The position numbers and the translations under genes are program-made. Of a stretch of DNA of 64,000 bases, positions 53,695 through 61,871 are shown in pieces. The notes beneath the pieces were generated by a model that saw only the letters and a program-made list of their open reading frames with translations, did no database searches and was not told the origin of the DNA. This stretch comes from Eubacteriales bacterium (GTDB lineage Bacteria; Bacillota; Clostridia; Lachnospirales; Lachnospiraceae). Every line of letters starts with the position of its first letter. The stretch's first letter is position 1. The stretch covers positions 10,507 through 74,506 of the forward strand of contig JAUNOP010000002.1 in assembly GCA_030537135.1 (NCBI GenBank), read 5' to 3'.

Positions 53695-54597
53695 ATGAGG
53701 AATATGGAAAGGAAAAGAAACGATACGCCCCCAAACCGGCAAAGGAGAACAAAGAGCAAATTCCCGGTCAGGAGCATTAAAAGCCTGTTTCTGCTTTGCA
53801 GCATAACAGTAGCAGCACTTGTTATAACAATAGGAGTTCACCGGTTATCAAGGACAGAGAGCGGCCAGATATATGCCTTTGAGGCAGCTTCACAGAACTC
53901 AGAAAAGCTGATTTCTTATGCGAGTCTCTCAAGCAGTCTGGCTGGAGTAATGAGCGAAGTACAAGGCTATGAAGAAGGAAAGGTAAGGGTTGAGAGAATA
54001 GGAACCTCCTGCGAGGATGTTATTGTAGGGCAGAGAACAAATATTGTGAGCAGTGAAATACCTACAGTCAATTTGAAGAATTCTATGGAAACGGCAGTTC
54101 AAAGTCTTGAGACCCATTCTCTGGCAGCCGTTCAGAATCCAAAGCTTATGTCAGACAGCGATTATGAATATCTTTTGAAGCTGGTAGAGGCAGAGGCCTG
54201 CGGAGAGGATTTGAAGGGAAAAATTCTGATTGCCAATGTAGTCATGAACAGGGTAAACAATCCATTGTTCCCGGATAATGTGACAGAGGTAATATGGGAT
54301 TCTTCCTATGGAGTAGCGCAGTTTTCTCCTACAATTGATGGGAGAATTCTGAACATGGTTCCCTCAGAGGATACCAAGGAGGCTGTAAAGCAGGCGCTCA
54401 ACGGCATAGATTATTCTCAGGGAGCTCTGTTTTTTATGGCAAGAGAACAGTCCGCGCAGGAAAACGTAGACTGGTTTACCCAGAATCTGGAATTGATTTT
54501 TACTCACGGCGGTCATGAATTTTATACATTTCAGGAGAAAACAGCAGAGCAGGAAGCTCTGGTGCTGGAACAGACAGTCGATATGATTTCGCAATAA
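53695..54597 (+). CDS. SleB/CwlJ-family cell wall hydrolase with N-terminal membrane anchor
   Basis: C-terminal Hydrolase_2 blocks LLKLVEAEACGEDLKGKILIANVVMNRV...AQFSP...GALFF. An alternative ATG at 53704 has the better RBS. A perfect TTGACA-17-TATAAT promoter starts near 53588. Confidence 0.8.
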   Translation: MRNMERKRNDTPPNRQRRTKSKFPVRSIKSLFLLCSITVAALVITIGVHRLSRTESGQIYAFEAASQNSEKLISYASLSSSLAGVMSEVQGYEEGKVRVERIGTSCEDVIVGQRTNIVSSEIPTVNLKNSMETAVQSLETHSLAAVQNPKLMSDSDYEYLLKLVEAEACGEDLKGKILIANVVMNRVNNPLFPDNVTEVIWDSSYGVAQFSPTIDGRILNMVPSEDTKEAVKQALNGIDYSQGALFFMAREQSAQENVDWFTQNLELIFTHGGHEFYTFQEKTAEQEALVLEQTVDMISQ

Positions 54598-54604
54598 TTC
54601 ACAA

Positions 54605-54634
54605 AAGGAGTCCCATCTCAGGGACTCCTTTTTG
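54605..54634 (+). terminator. intrinsic terminator
   Basis: AAGGAGTCCC-atctca-GGGACTCCTT followed by TTTG. Confidence 0.85.
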
Positions 54635-54901
54635 AATAAATCAAGTTCTTCCTGATAAGCTGCGAAGCAGTTATTTGGTTATGAGCAGGCAGCGAAGCGA
54701 ACATTGTACTCTGTGGGTATTATGAATATCCGCTTGACTATGTGTTTTGGTGCAATCCTTGATTTTTTTGAAATATTAGTGCAGATTTCTGTGATTTTTG
54801 CTTCTGGAACAGGAGAAGATATTCTGATATAATAGGTGGGAATATGGATAAGCACTAAATAAAAGAAATTCTAAGAACCATATAGAAAGGCAGGAAGAAA
54901 C

Positions 54902-56395
54902 ATGCAGGTTTTGTATAAAAGTACCAGAGGCAGCGGAGAAACGGTTACTGCATCCATGGCAATTTTAAAGGGACTTTCAGAGGACGGAGGCTTGTTTGTA
55001 CCGACGGCTATTCCGAAGCTGAGAACATCCATGGATACCTTGTCCAGAATGAGTTACCAGGAAACAGCTTATGAGGTTATGAGATTATTTTTCAGTGATT
55101 TCAGCGACCAGGAACTAAAAAAATGTATTGCAAAGGCGTATGACCATAAGTTTGACACTCCTGAGATTGCCCCGCTTCATAAGGCAGACGGCGCTTATTA
55201 TCTGGAACTATTCCATGGAGCCACCATTGCCTTTAAAGACATGGCTCTTTCCATACTTCCGCATCTGATGACAACAGCAGCAAAGAAAAACCATGCAGAT
55301 AAGGAAATTGTTATTTTGACTGCTACTTCCGGGGACACAGGAAAAGCCGCTATGGCAGGCTTTGCAGATGTTCCGGGAACGAAAATCATTGTTTTTTATC
55401 CTAAAGGCGGTGTCAGTGCTATCCAGGAGAAGCAGATGCTCACACAAAAAGGAAAAAACACCTATGTGGTAGGCATCACAGGAAATTTTGACGATGCCCA
55501 GACAGCAGTGAAGAAAATGCTCAACGATGCAGCGCTTGGCGCTGAGCTTGCCCAGGCGGGCTTCCAGTTCTCATCTGCAAATTCCATTAATATTGGACGT
55601 CTTGTTCCACAGATTGTTTATTATGTGTACGCCTATGCATCTCTGGTAAAAAAAGGCGTTGTTTCCTCTGGCCAGCAGATTAATGTGGTGGTTCCTACCG
55701 GAAACTTTGGAAATATTCTCGCTGCGTTTTATGCAAAGCAGATGGGACTTCCTATCCATAAGCTGATTTGTGCTTCCAATGACAATAAGGTACTATATGA
55801 TTTCTTTTCAACAGGAACCTATGACAGGAGAAGAGAGTTTATTCTGACGACCTCTCCGTCCATGGACATCCTGATTTCCAGCAACCTGGAGCGTCTGATT
55901 TACAGACTTACAGGAGAGGACTCAGCAAAATGCAGAGAACTTATGGAGAGCCTTGCAGCAAATGGAGTATATGAGATTACAGAAGAGATGAGAAGCGGGC
56001 TGGGAGATTTTTATGGAAATTACTGCTGTGAGGAGGAAACAAGGCAGGCTATCTGCAGGATCTTTGAAAACAGCCATTATGTAGTGGATCCGCACACCGC
56101 CGTAGCAGCGGGCGTGTATGAGAAGTACAAGAAAGAGACTGGAGACAATACAATTACTGTTATAGCTTCCACAGCAAGTCCGTACAAATTCAACAGATGT
56201 GTGGTAGAGGCTGTCTCTGACCAGTATAAGGACCTGGATTTGGATGACTTTGCTCTGGTGGACGCACTTCATGAAATTTCAGATGTAAAGATTCCAAGGG
56301 CAGTGGAGGAGATCCGCACAGCGCCGATTCTTCATAACCGTGTGGTAGAACCAGAGGACATGCCAAGGACAGTAAAGGAGATTTTGGGAATCTGA
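54902..56395 (+). CDS. thrC: threonine synthase
   Basis: 497 aa. YLELFHGATIAFKDMAL (PLP lysine), TSGDTGKAA and NSINIGRL. Confidence 0.9.
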   Translation: MQVLYKSTRGSGETVTASMAILKGLSEDGGLFVPTAIPKLRTSMDTLSRMSYQETAYEVMRLFFSDFSDQELKKCIAKAYDHKFDTPEIAPLHKADGAYYLELFHGATIAFKDMALSILPHLMTTAAKKNHADKEIVILTATSGDTGKAAMAGFADVPGTKIIVFYPKGGVSAIQEKQMLTQKGKNTYVVGITGNFDDAQTAVKKMLNDAALGAELAQAGFQFSSANSINIGRLVPQIVYYVYAYASLVKKGVVSSGQQINVVVPTGNFGNILAAFYAKQMGLPIHKLICASNDNKVLYDFFSTGTYDRRREFILTTSPSMDILISSNLERLIYRLTGEDSAKCRELMESLAANGVYEITEEMRSGLGDFYGNYCCEEETRQAICRIFENSHYVVDPHTAVAAGVYEKYKKETGDNTITVIASTASPYKFNRCVVEAVSDQYKDLDLDDFALVDALHEISDVKIPRAVEEIRTAPILHNRVVEPEDMPRTVKEILGI

Positions 56396-56441
56396 TTATG
56401 AAGGTATTGACATTTTACAGCTGAGATGCGATAATAAAATA

Positions 56442-56748
56442 GGACTTTGAAATGATGTGGGCGCAATCCCATTTGCTTAAGATGATGGGTAGTTGACTCA
56501 GCAAAGCAGAAATATAAAGCAATAAGCTATTACATCCTGAAATGTGCGAAGCCCCTTTTTATTTTGAACCTACATTGATTTTTACGGGATTCCTATATTG
56601 CAGGTAGGATGTCAGGCCTCTCGTCGTGGAAGGCAGAATATCTGTTGCGGTTGCCCACCTAGCTTCGGCTAGGCGTCAAAATAAGGGAACGGCATTTTGG
56701 GATAGGATGAATGCAGGGAGAGCCGAAGAATTTTCGGCTCTCTTTTTT
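56442..56748 (+). ncRNA. candidate structured RNA or leader of unknown class (promoter-to-terminator unit without a credible ORF)
   Basis: Promoter TTGACA (56407-56412), 17-nt spacer, GATAAT (56430-56435). Strong terminator GAGAGCCGAA-gaatt-TTCGGCTCTC plus T6 at 56718-56748. Internal UUCG-capped hairpin CCTAGC-TTCG-GCTAGG. The only ORFs are 14 aa without an RBS and a 67-aa ORF that runs through the terminator. Confidence 0.4.
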
Positions 56749-56825
56749 GCAACGGAAGCAGGGGACTTGCCTGATTTGGTTAAATGGGCGGTAACATGCT
56801 ATTTTATTAGGGAAAGGTATAAGAA

Positions 56826-57890
56826 ATGAGCGTAGAGAAAAAACTATTTGGAACTCTGAAAACAGGAGAGAGTGTCTATTTATACAAGATTGAGAACAAA
56901 AAGGGAGCCTATGTAGAGGTTTGTGATTTCGGAGCCCTTCTTGTGCGCGTCTGTGTTCCTGACAGGGACGGCCTCTTAAGAGATGTTGTTTTGGGATACG
57001 ATAATCTGGAGGCTTACCTTACTAATGGCTGCTATTTTGGCGCAACCGTAGGGCGCAGCGGAAACAGAATAGCAGGAGGACGCTTTGCACTGGGCGGGGT
57101 AGAGTATCAGCTGCCCCAGAATGAAAATGAGAATAACCTTCACAGTGGTCCAGAGGGATATCAGCTGAAGCTGTGGAACGTAAAGGAACTGGAAGAGGAT
57201 TCTGACAATGTTGCGTTTGAGAGAGTCAGCCCGGATGGAGAGCAGGGCTTTCCAGGAGCCCTTCATATCTGTGTGCGCTATACCTTCACAGAGGAAAATG
57301 AACTGAAAATCAGTTATGATGGAGTGTGTGATCAGGATACAGTGGTAAATATGACAAACCATTCTTATTTTAATCTGAACGGCGCGGGAAATGGAAGTAT
57401 TTTGAATCAAAAACTGCAAATCAATGCAGACTATTATACTCCTGTTATTGACAGCAAGTCCATTCCTACGGGAGAGCTGGACAAGGTAGAAGGGACTCCT
57501 ATGGATTTTCGCACGGAAAAGGAGATCGGAAAGGAGATTGATGCAGATTTCCAGCAGCTTATTTATACAGGCGGCTATGACCATAATTTTGTGCCGAATG
57601 GCTATCAGAAGGGAGTTGTACGCAAGATTGCGCAGGCCAGATGCGAAGAGAGCGGCATTGTGATGGAAGTATTCAGCGACCTTCCTGGAGTTCAGTTCTA
57701 TGCGGGCAACTTTATCATTGAGGAAAAGGGCAAGGACGGCAAGACATACGGCAAGAGGGATGGCTTCTGTCTGGAAACGCAGTATGCTCCGAACTCTGTA
57801 AATGAGTACAGCTTTGAATCTCCGGTACTGGAGGCAAAGGATACTTATCACACGGAAACTATTTATCAGTTTAACGTATCAAGTAAGTAG
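56826..57890 (+). CDS. galM: aldose 1-epimerase (galactose mutarotase)
   Basis: 354 aa. NNLHSGPEGY, TNHSYFNL, GYDHNF and CLETQYAPNS. Confidence 0.9.
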   Translation: MSVEKKLFGTLKTGESVYLYKIENKKGAYVEVCDFGALLVRVCVPDRDGLLRDVVLGYDNLEAYLTNGCYFGATVGRSGNRIAGGRFALGGVEYQLPQNENENNLHSGPEGYQLKLWNVKELEEDSDNVAFERVSPDGEQGFPGALHICVRYTFTEENELKISYDGVCDQDTVVNMTNHSYFNLNGAGNGSILNQKLQINADYYTPVIDSKSIPTGELDKVEGTPMDFRTEKEIGKEIDADFQQLIYTGGYDHNFVPNGYQKGVVRKIAQARCEESGIVMEVFSDLPGVQFYAGNFIIEEKGKDGKTYGKRDGFCLETQYAPNSVNEYSFESPVLEAKDTYHTETIYQFNVSSK

Positions 57891-57936
57891 TGAAGCGGAC
57901 ATCGTACCCTGCGGGTATTGCGAATATCCGCTTCAC
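57890..57936. repeat. perfect 10-bp-stem hairpin copy of the AAGCGGA...TCCGCTT repeat module
   Basis: GTGAAGCGGA (57890-57899) pairs with TCCGCTTCAC (57927-57936). Related copies lie at 49174-49198 and 54690-54738. Confidence 0.7.
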
Positions 57937-57973
57937 AGGAATGAAAAAACTGGTTTTCTCATAAGATAGGTAT

Positions 57974-59209
57974 ATGAGAATGACCAGTTTTTTTTATCTC
58001 AAAAAAATTTTACGGGGGATAATGCTGCCTTCTCTTTTGCTGGCAGCAGGAGTACAGGGAATCCAGGCGCAGGAACTTGTCTCCGAGGAGGCAGACCTGG
58101 AAATGAGTGTCCTGCTTATGACGACCGGGTATCAATCCTATTATCATCCTGAGGTTGTGCTGGAGATTGATGGAGAGCCTGTGACGATTGCTTATGACAG
58201 CCCTGCATTCTCGAATGGAGACATCGTGTTTCGCCCAAGAAGAGAAGGAGAATCCATTCGGATTCTGTCAATTGAGCGCGCGCAGGGAAATCCCAGCTAT
58301 AAAGGCACTCTTACGCTTCGCAGAAAAGAAGCGGGAATTCTGATTATCAATGACCTTTATATGGAGGATTATCTCTGCGGAGTGGTTCCGAGCGAGATGC
58401 CTTCTTATTATGAGGAAGAGGCTCTGAAGGCACAGGCTGTGTGCGCGAGAACCTATGCCTATCGCCAATGTCAGGAGCAGCGTCTGGCTGAATATGGGGC
58501 AGATGTAGACGATAGTGTGAGCTTTCAGGTGTATAACAATATCGGGGAGCAGGAGGCTGCCACCTGTGCAGTGCGGGACACAGAAGGGGAAATTCTCTGC
58601 CAAAATGGAAGTCCGATAGAAGCGTATTATTTTTCTACCTCATCAGGAAACACAAGTACAGATGAAGTATGGGAGAGCGAGGAGGAGGCCTCCTATCTCA
58701 AGAGCGTGGAATGCATGTATGATGCAAGCGAGCCATGGAGCAAGTGGCAGGTATTTTTTCCAATAGAACGAATCCAGAATCTGGCAGAGCAGAAATTTGG
58801 AATCCAGGATACTGTGCAGGGCATGGCAGCTGTCAAGCTCAGCAGCGGAGGCGCTGTTACCCAGCTGAGAATTTACACAGACAGCGGAGAGGAAACTGTG
58901 CATAAGGAATATGCGATTCGTTCCTTTCTCTCTCCCTATGGTTTGGACATTACGCAGAACGATGGCAGTGTAAGCAGCTTTCAGACTACGCTTCCGAGTG
59001 CGTATTTTTCTTTACAAGCATATTATGACGAGGAGACAGGGGCAATAGCAGGCTATACCCTGTACGGCGGAGGCTATGGACACGGCGTGGGAATGAGCCA
59101 AAATGGAGCCAACCATATGGCGGCCCAGGGAAGCAGCTACGGAGATATCCTGAATTATTTCTTTAATCAGGTGGAGCTGACTTCCATACAAACCCTTGCC
59201 CAAAATTAG
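57974..59209 (+). CDS. SpoIID/LytB-domain protein
   Basis: Signal peptide. MEDYLCGVVPSEMPSYYEEEALKAQAVCARTYAY, EAYYFSTSSGNT and GHGVGMSQNGA. Confidence 0.85.
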   Translation: MRMTSFFYLKKILRGIMLPSLLLAAGVQGIQAQELVSEEADLEMSVLLMTTGYQSYYHPEVVLEIDGEPVTIAYDSPAFSNGDIVFRPRREGESIRILSIERAQGNPSYKGTLTLRRKEAGILIINDLYMEDYLCGVVPSEMPSYYEEEALKAQAVCARTYAYRQCQEQRLAEYGADVDDSVSFQVYNNIGEQEAATCAVRDTEGEILCQNGSPIEAYYFSTSSGNTSTDEVWESEEEASYLKSVECMYDASEPWSKWQVFFPIERIQNLAEQKFGIQDTVQGMAAVKLSSGGAVTQLRIYTDSGEETVHKEYAIRSFLSPYGLDITQNDGSVSSFQTTLPSAYFSLQAYYDEETGAIAGYTLYGGGYGHGVGMSQNGANHMAAQGSSYGDILNYFFNQVELTSIQTLAQN

Positions 59210-59417
59210 AAGACACAGCTTGCAGGCGCTGCAAATTTGTGATATGATACGAAGGTCAAAAGGTCATGCATGATATGTCTGCATGTCAATTATATTCAGA
59301 GTATGATGTTGGGACAAAAGGTCAAAAATTCTCTTGCAAGAGGATTCCTGGTCTTTTGTCCCTGGTAGCCGAGTATTCTGGTATCACAAAATCAGTACGG
59401 TCAGAAAGGGCTTACAG

Positions 59418-60296
59418 ATGAAAAACAGAAATGAACAGCAGGAAACTATTCTTGGATTTATGCAGAGAATCAAGCAGGACCATGTAAGCGCTTATGCTGC
59501 CCAGGCTGCTTATTTTATGATCCTCTCCTTTATTCCTTTTATTTTGTTTCTTACTACTTTGATTCGATATACTCCTCTTACCTATGACATGATGCAGCAG
59601 GCAATGAATAATATCATTCCAGAGGGACTGCAGGGCTATGTAATGAATATTATGCTGGAGGTTTATCATCGCAATACAGCATTGATGCCTCTGACAGCTC
59701 TCACAGCCCTCTGGTCCGCCGGTAAAGGTCTTCAGGCTATCACAAACGGACTGAACTGTATTTATCACGTGCATGAGACAAGAAACTGGCTGATAACCAG
59801 AATTTACTCTGTATTTTATACAGTGATTTTCGTGTTTTCTATTATTGGCTGTCTTCTGGTTTTGGTTCTTGGAAATGCATTTCAGAAGCCCCTTTTAAAG
59901 TATGTGCCGATTCTTGGCAAGCTCCTGGGAAAGATTCTTGGCTCCAGGTCTATTCTGGTAGTGTGCATTTTAGTTGCAATTTTTACTTTTCTGTACAAAT
60001 ACCTGCCCAACAGGAAGGCGTCTCTCAGAAATCAGCTTCCTGGAGCCATGCTTACAACGGCTGCCTGGATTCTCTTTTCCTATGCAGTTTCTCTGTATTT
60101 TAAATATTGGCCCAGCTTCAGCAACATGTATGGAAGTCTGACAGCTGTGATTATGCTCCTTTTGTGGCTGTATGGGTGCATGAATATTGTGCTGTACGGG
60201 GCAGAGATTAATGCCTATTTTGAAGAGGATTTCCTTATTGCCCAGGGCATTGCAAGAGAGCTTTTTGAAAAGGAGGATACAGACGCTAAAAGGTGA
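59418..60296 (+). CDS. YihY/BrkB-family membrane protein
   Basis: HVSAYAAQAAYFMILSFIPF opening and 6 TM segments. ATG at 59418 follows AGAAAGGG. Confidence 0.8.
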   Translation: MKNRNEQQETILGFMQRIKQDHVSAYAAQAAYFMILSFIPFILFLTTLIRYTPLTYDMMQQAMNNIIPEGLQGYVMNIMLEVYHRNTALMPLTALTALWSAGKGLQAITNGLNCIYHVHETRNWLITRIYSVFYTVIFVFSIIGCLLVLVLGNAFQKPLLKYVPILGKLLGKILGSRSILVVCILVAIFTFLYKYLPNRKASLRNQLPGAMLTTAAWILFSYAVSLYFKYWPSFSNMYGSLTAVIMLLLWLYGCMNIVLYGAEINAYFEEDFLIAQGIARELFEKEDTDAKR

Positions 60297-60459
60297 GGCA
60301 AAAGCCTGACAATGAAAAAATCACTCTTGACAGATGCGTTTCATATGTTAAAATAGGTAAAGACAGGCAAAAATCTCTGCCACAGAGCAATGCTGTGTGC
60401 TGGAGACGCGCATTTTGCATTGACCTGGGTATGGATTTTTGCTCATATCTGTGAAGATA

Positions 60460-60730
60460 GTGAACAAATATGTCAAGAGAATAAAAGGTATTTAAAAGCA
60501 TAGAAGGTGTTAGTAGAAAGCTGTTTTCTATCAGAGAGAGGAGGTCACCGGCTGAAAGCCCCCTTGAGTTCAGGCAGCTTTTGAGATTCCCACTGGAGCT
60601 GCATTTCTGAACATGAAGTAGGAAATGACGTGCCTGCGCGTTAAGCAGACAGAGAGCCCATGGCTGTGCCGTGGGAATCAGGGTGGTACCGCGAGAGTTG
60701 CTTCGTCCCTATCAGGGGCGGAGTTTTTTT
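60460..60730 (+). promoter_or_regulatory. T-box leader (Phe) controlling pheS-pheT
   Basis: T-box sequence AATCAGGGTGGTACCGCG at 60676-60693. Terminator CTTCGTCCCT-atc-AGGGGCGGAG plus T7 at 60701-60730. AGAGA/GA-type stem I elements lie near 60533-60560. A candidate UUC/UUU specifier lies at 60604-60607. The 5' boundary is approximate. Confidence 0.85.
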
Positions 60731-60755
60731 ATTACAGTAAAAGGAGAAAAAAGCT

Positions 60756-61781
60756 ATGGATATGAGACAGAAACTGCAGGAAATCCATGAGGAAGCCAAA
60801 AAGCGAATCATGGAATCCGAAGGCCTGGATAAGCTCAATGAGGTACGAGTTGCTTATCTTGGAAAAAAAGGAGAGTTGACTGCGCTGTTAAAGAGTATGA
60901 AGGAGGTTGCTCCTGAGGATCGCCCAAAGGTAGGACAGCTTGTCAATGAAACAAGGAAAAAAATCGAAGAGATTCTGGATGAAACCCGCACTCGTCTTGA
61001 GGAGGCTGCAAGAGAGGCAAAGATGAAGGAAGAGGTCATAGACGTGACATTGCCTGCAAAGAAGGCTCTGATTGGACATCGCCATCCCAATACCATTGCT
61101 CTTGAAGAGGTGGAGCGTATTTTTATCGGAATGGGCTATGAGGTTGTGGAAGGTCCTGAGGTGGAATATGCAGACTACAATTTTACAAAGCTCAATATCC
61201 CGGAGGATCATCCGGCACGTGATGAGCAGGATACCTTTTTCATCAATGATTCTATTCTGCTTCGTTCCCAGACCTCTCCAGTGCAGGCACGTACCATGGA
61301 AAAGGGCAAGCTTCCTATCCGTATGATTGCGCCTGGACGTGTGTTCCGCTCCGATGAGGTGGATGCGACACACTCCCCATCCTTCCATCAGATTGAAGGT
61401 CTGGTAATTGACAAGCATATTACCTTTGCAGACCTTAAGGGAACTCTGGAGGAGTTTGCAAAGGAACTGTTCGGGCCAGAGACCAGGACAAAATTCCGCC
61501 CTCATCATTTCCCGTTCACAGAGCCGAGCGCAGAGGTGGATGTATCCTGCTTTAAATGCGGCGGAAGCGGCTGTCGTTTCTGCAAGGGCTCTGGGTGGAT
61601 TGAAATTCTGGGCTGCGGAATGGTACATCCGCATGTGCTGGAAATGTGCGGCATTGACCCAGAGGAATACACAGGCTTTGCTTTTGGAGTAGGACTTGAG
61701 AGAATTGCTCTTCTGAAATATGAAATCGACGACATGAGACTTCTTTATGAGAACGATGTACGCTTCCTGAAGCAGTTCTGA
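60756..61781 (+). CDS. pheS: phenylalanine-tRNA ligase alpha subunit
   Basis: 341 aa. HPARDEQDTFF, RSQTSPVQ, FRPHHFPFTEPSAEVD and GFAFGVGLERI. Confidence 0.97.
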   Translation: MDMRQKLQEIHEEAKKRIMESEGLDKLNEVRVAYLGKKGELTALLKSMKEVAPEDRPKVGQLVNETRKKIEEILDETRTRLEEAAREAKMKEEVIDVTLPAKKALIGHRHPNTIALEEVERIFIGMGYEVVEGPEVEYADYNFTKLNIPEDHPARDEQDTFFINDSILLRSQTSPVQARTMEKGKLPIRMIAPGRVFRSDEVDATHSPSFHQIEGLVIDKHITFADLKGTLEEFAKELFGPETRTKFRPHHFPFTEPSAEVDVSCFKCGGSGCRFCKGSGWIEILGCGMVHPHVLEMCGIDPEEYTGFAFGVGLERIALLKYEIDDMRLLYENDVRFLKQF

Positions 61782-61871
61782 AGCATCCCTCATGTCAGAA
61801 GAGAAACAAGCCTTATGGCTTTCAGATAACAGGCAGTTCGAGAATAAAGCAAGACAGAAAGGATAGAAGAG

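Noticed and set aside
56442-56748. Possible SRP RNA or ykkC-type riboswitch (GUCAGG...GGAAGGCAG and GGGAUAGG...GCAGGGAGAG resemble fragments of those consensus sequences)
   Set aside because: The SRP domain IV GGAA tetraloop context and the ykkC CUAGGGUUCCG/ACGGGUCCGAGAG blocks are absent. The resemblance is limited to short G-rich strings, so the element is reported only as unclassified.
56626-56829. 67-aa plus-strand ORF upstream of galM
   Set aside because: It has no RBS, a non-ATG start, runs straight through a strong intrinsic terminator and ends inside the galM RBS region. The region is better explained as RNA.
56976-57851. 291-aa minus-strand ORF
   Set aside because: It is antisense to galM, which has the mutarotase signature blocks. 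This is a shadow ORF.
60888-61793. 301-aa minus-strand ORF
   Set aside because: It is antisense to pheS, a shadow ORF.
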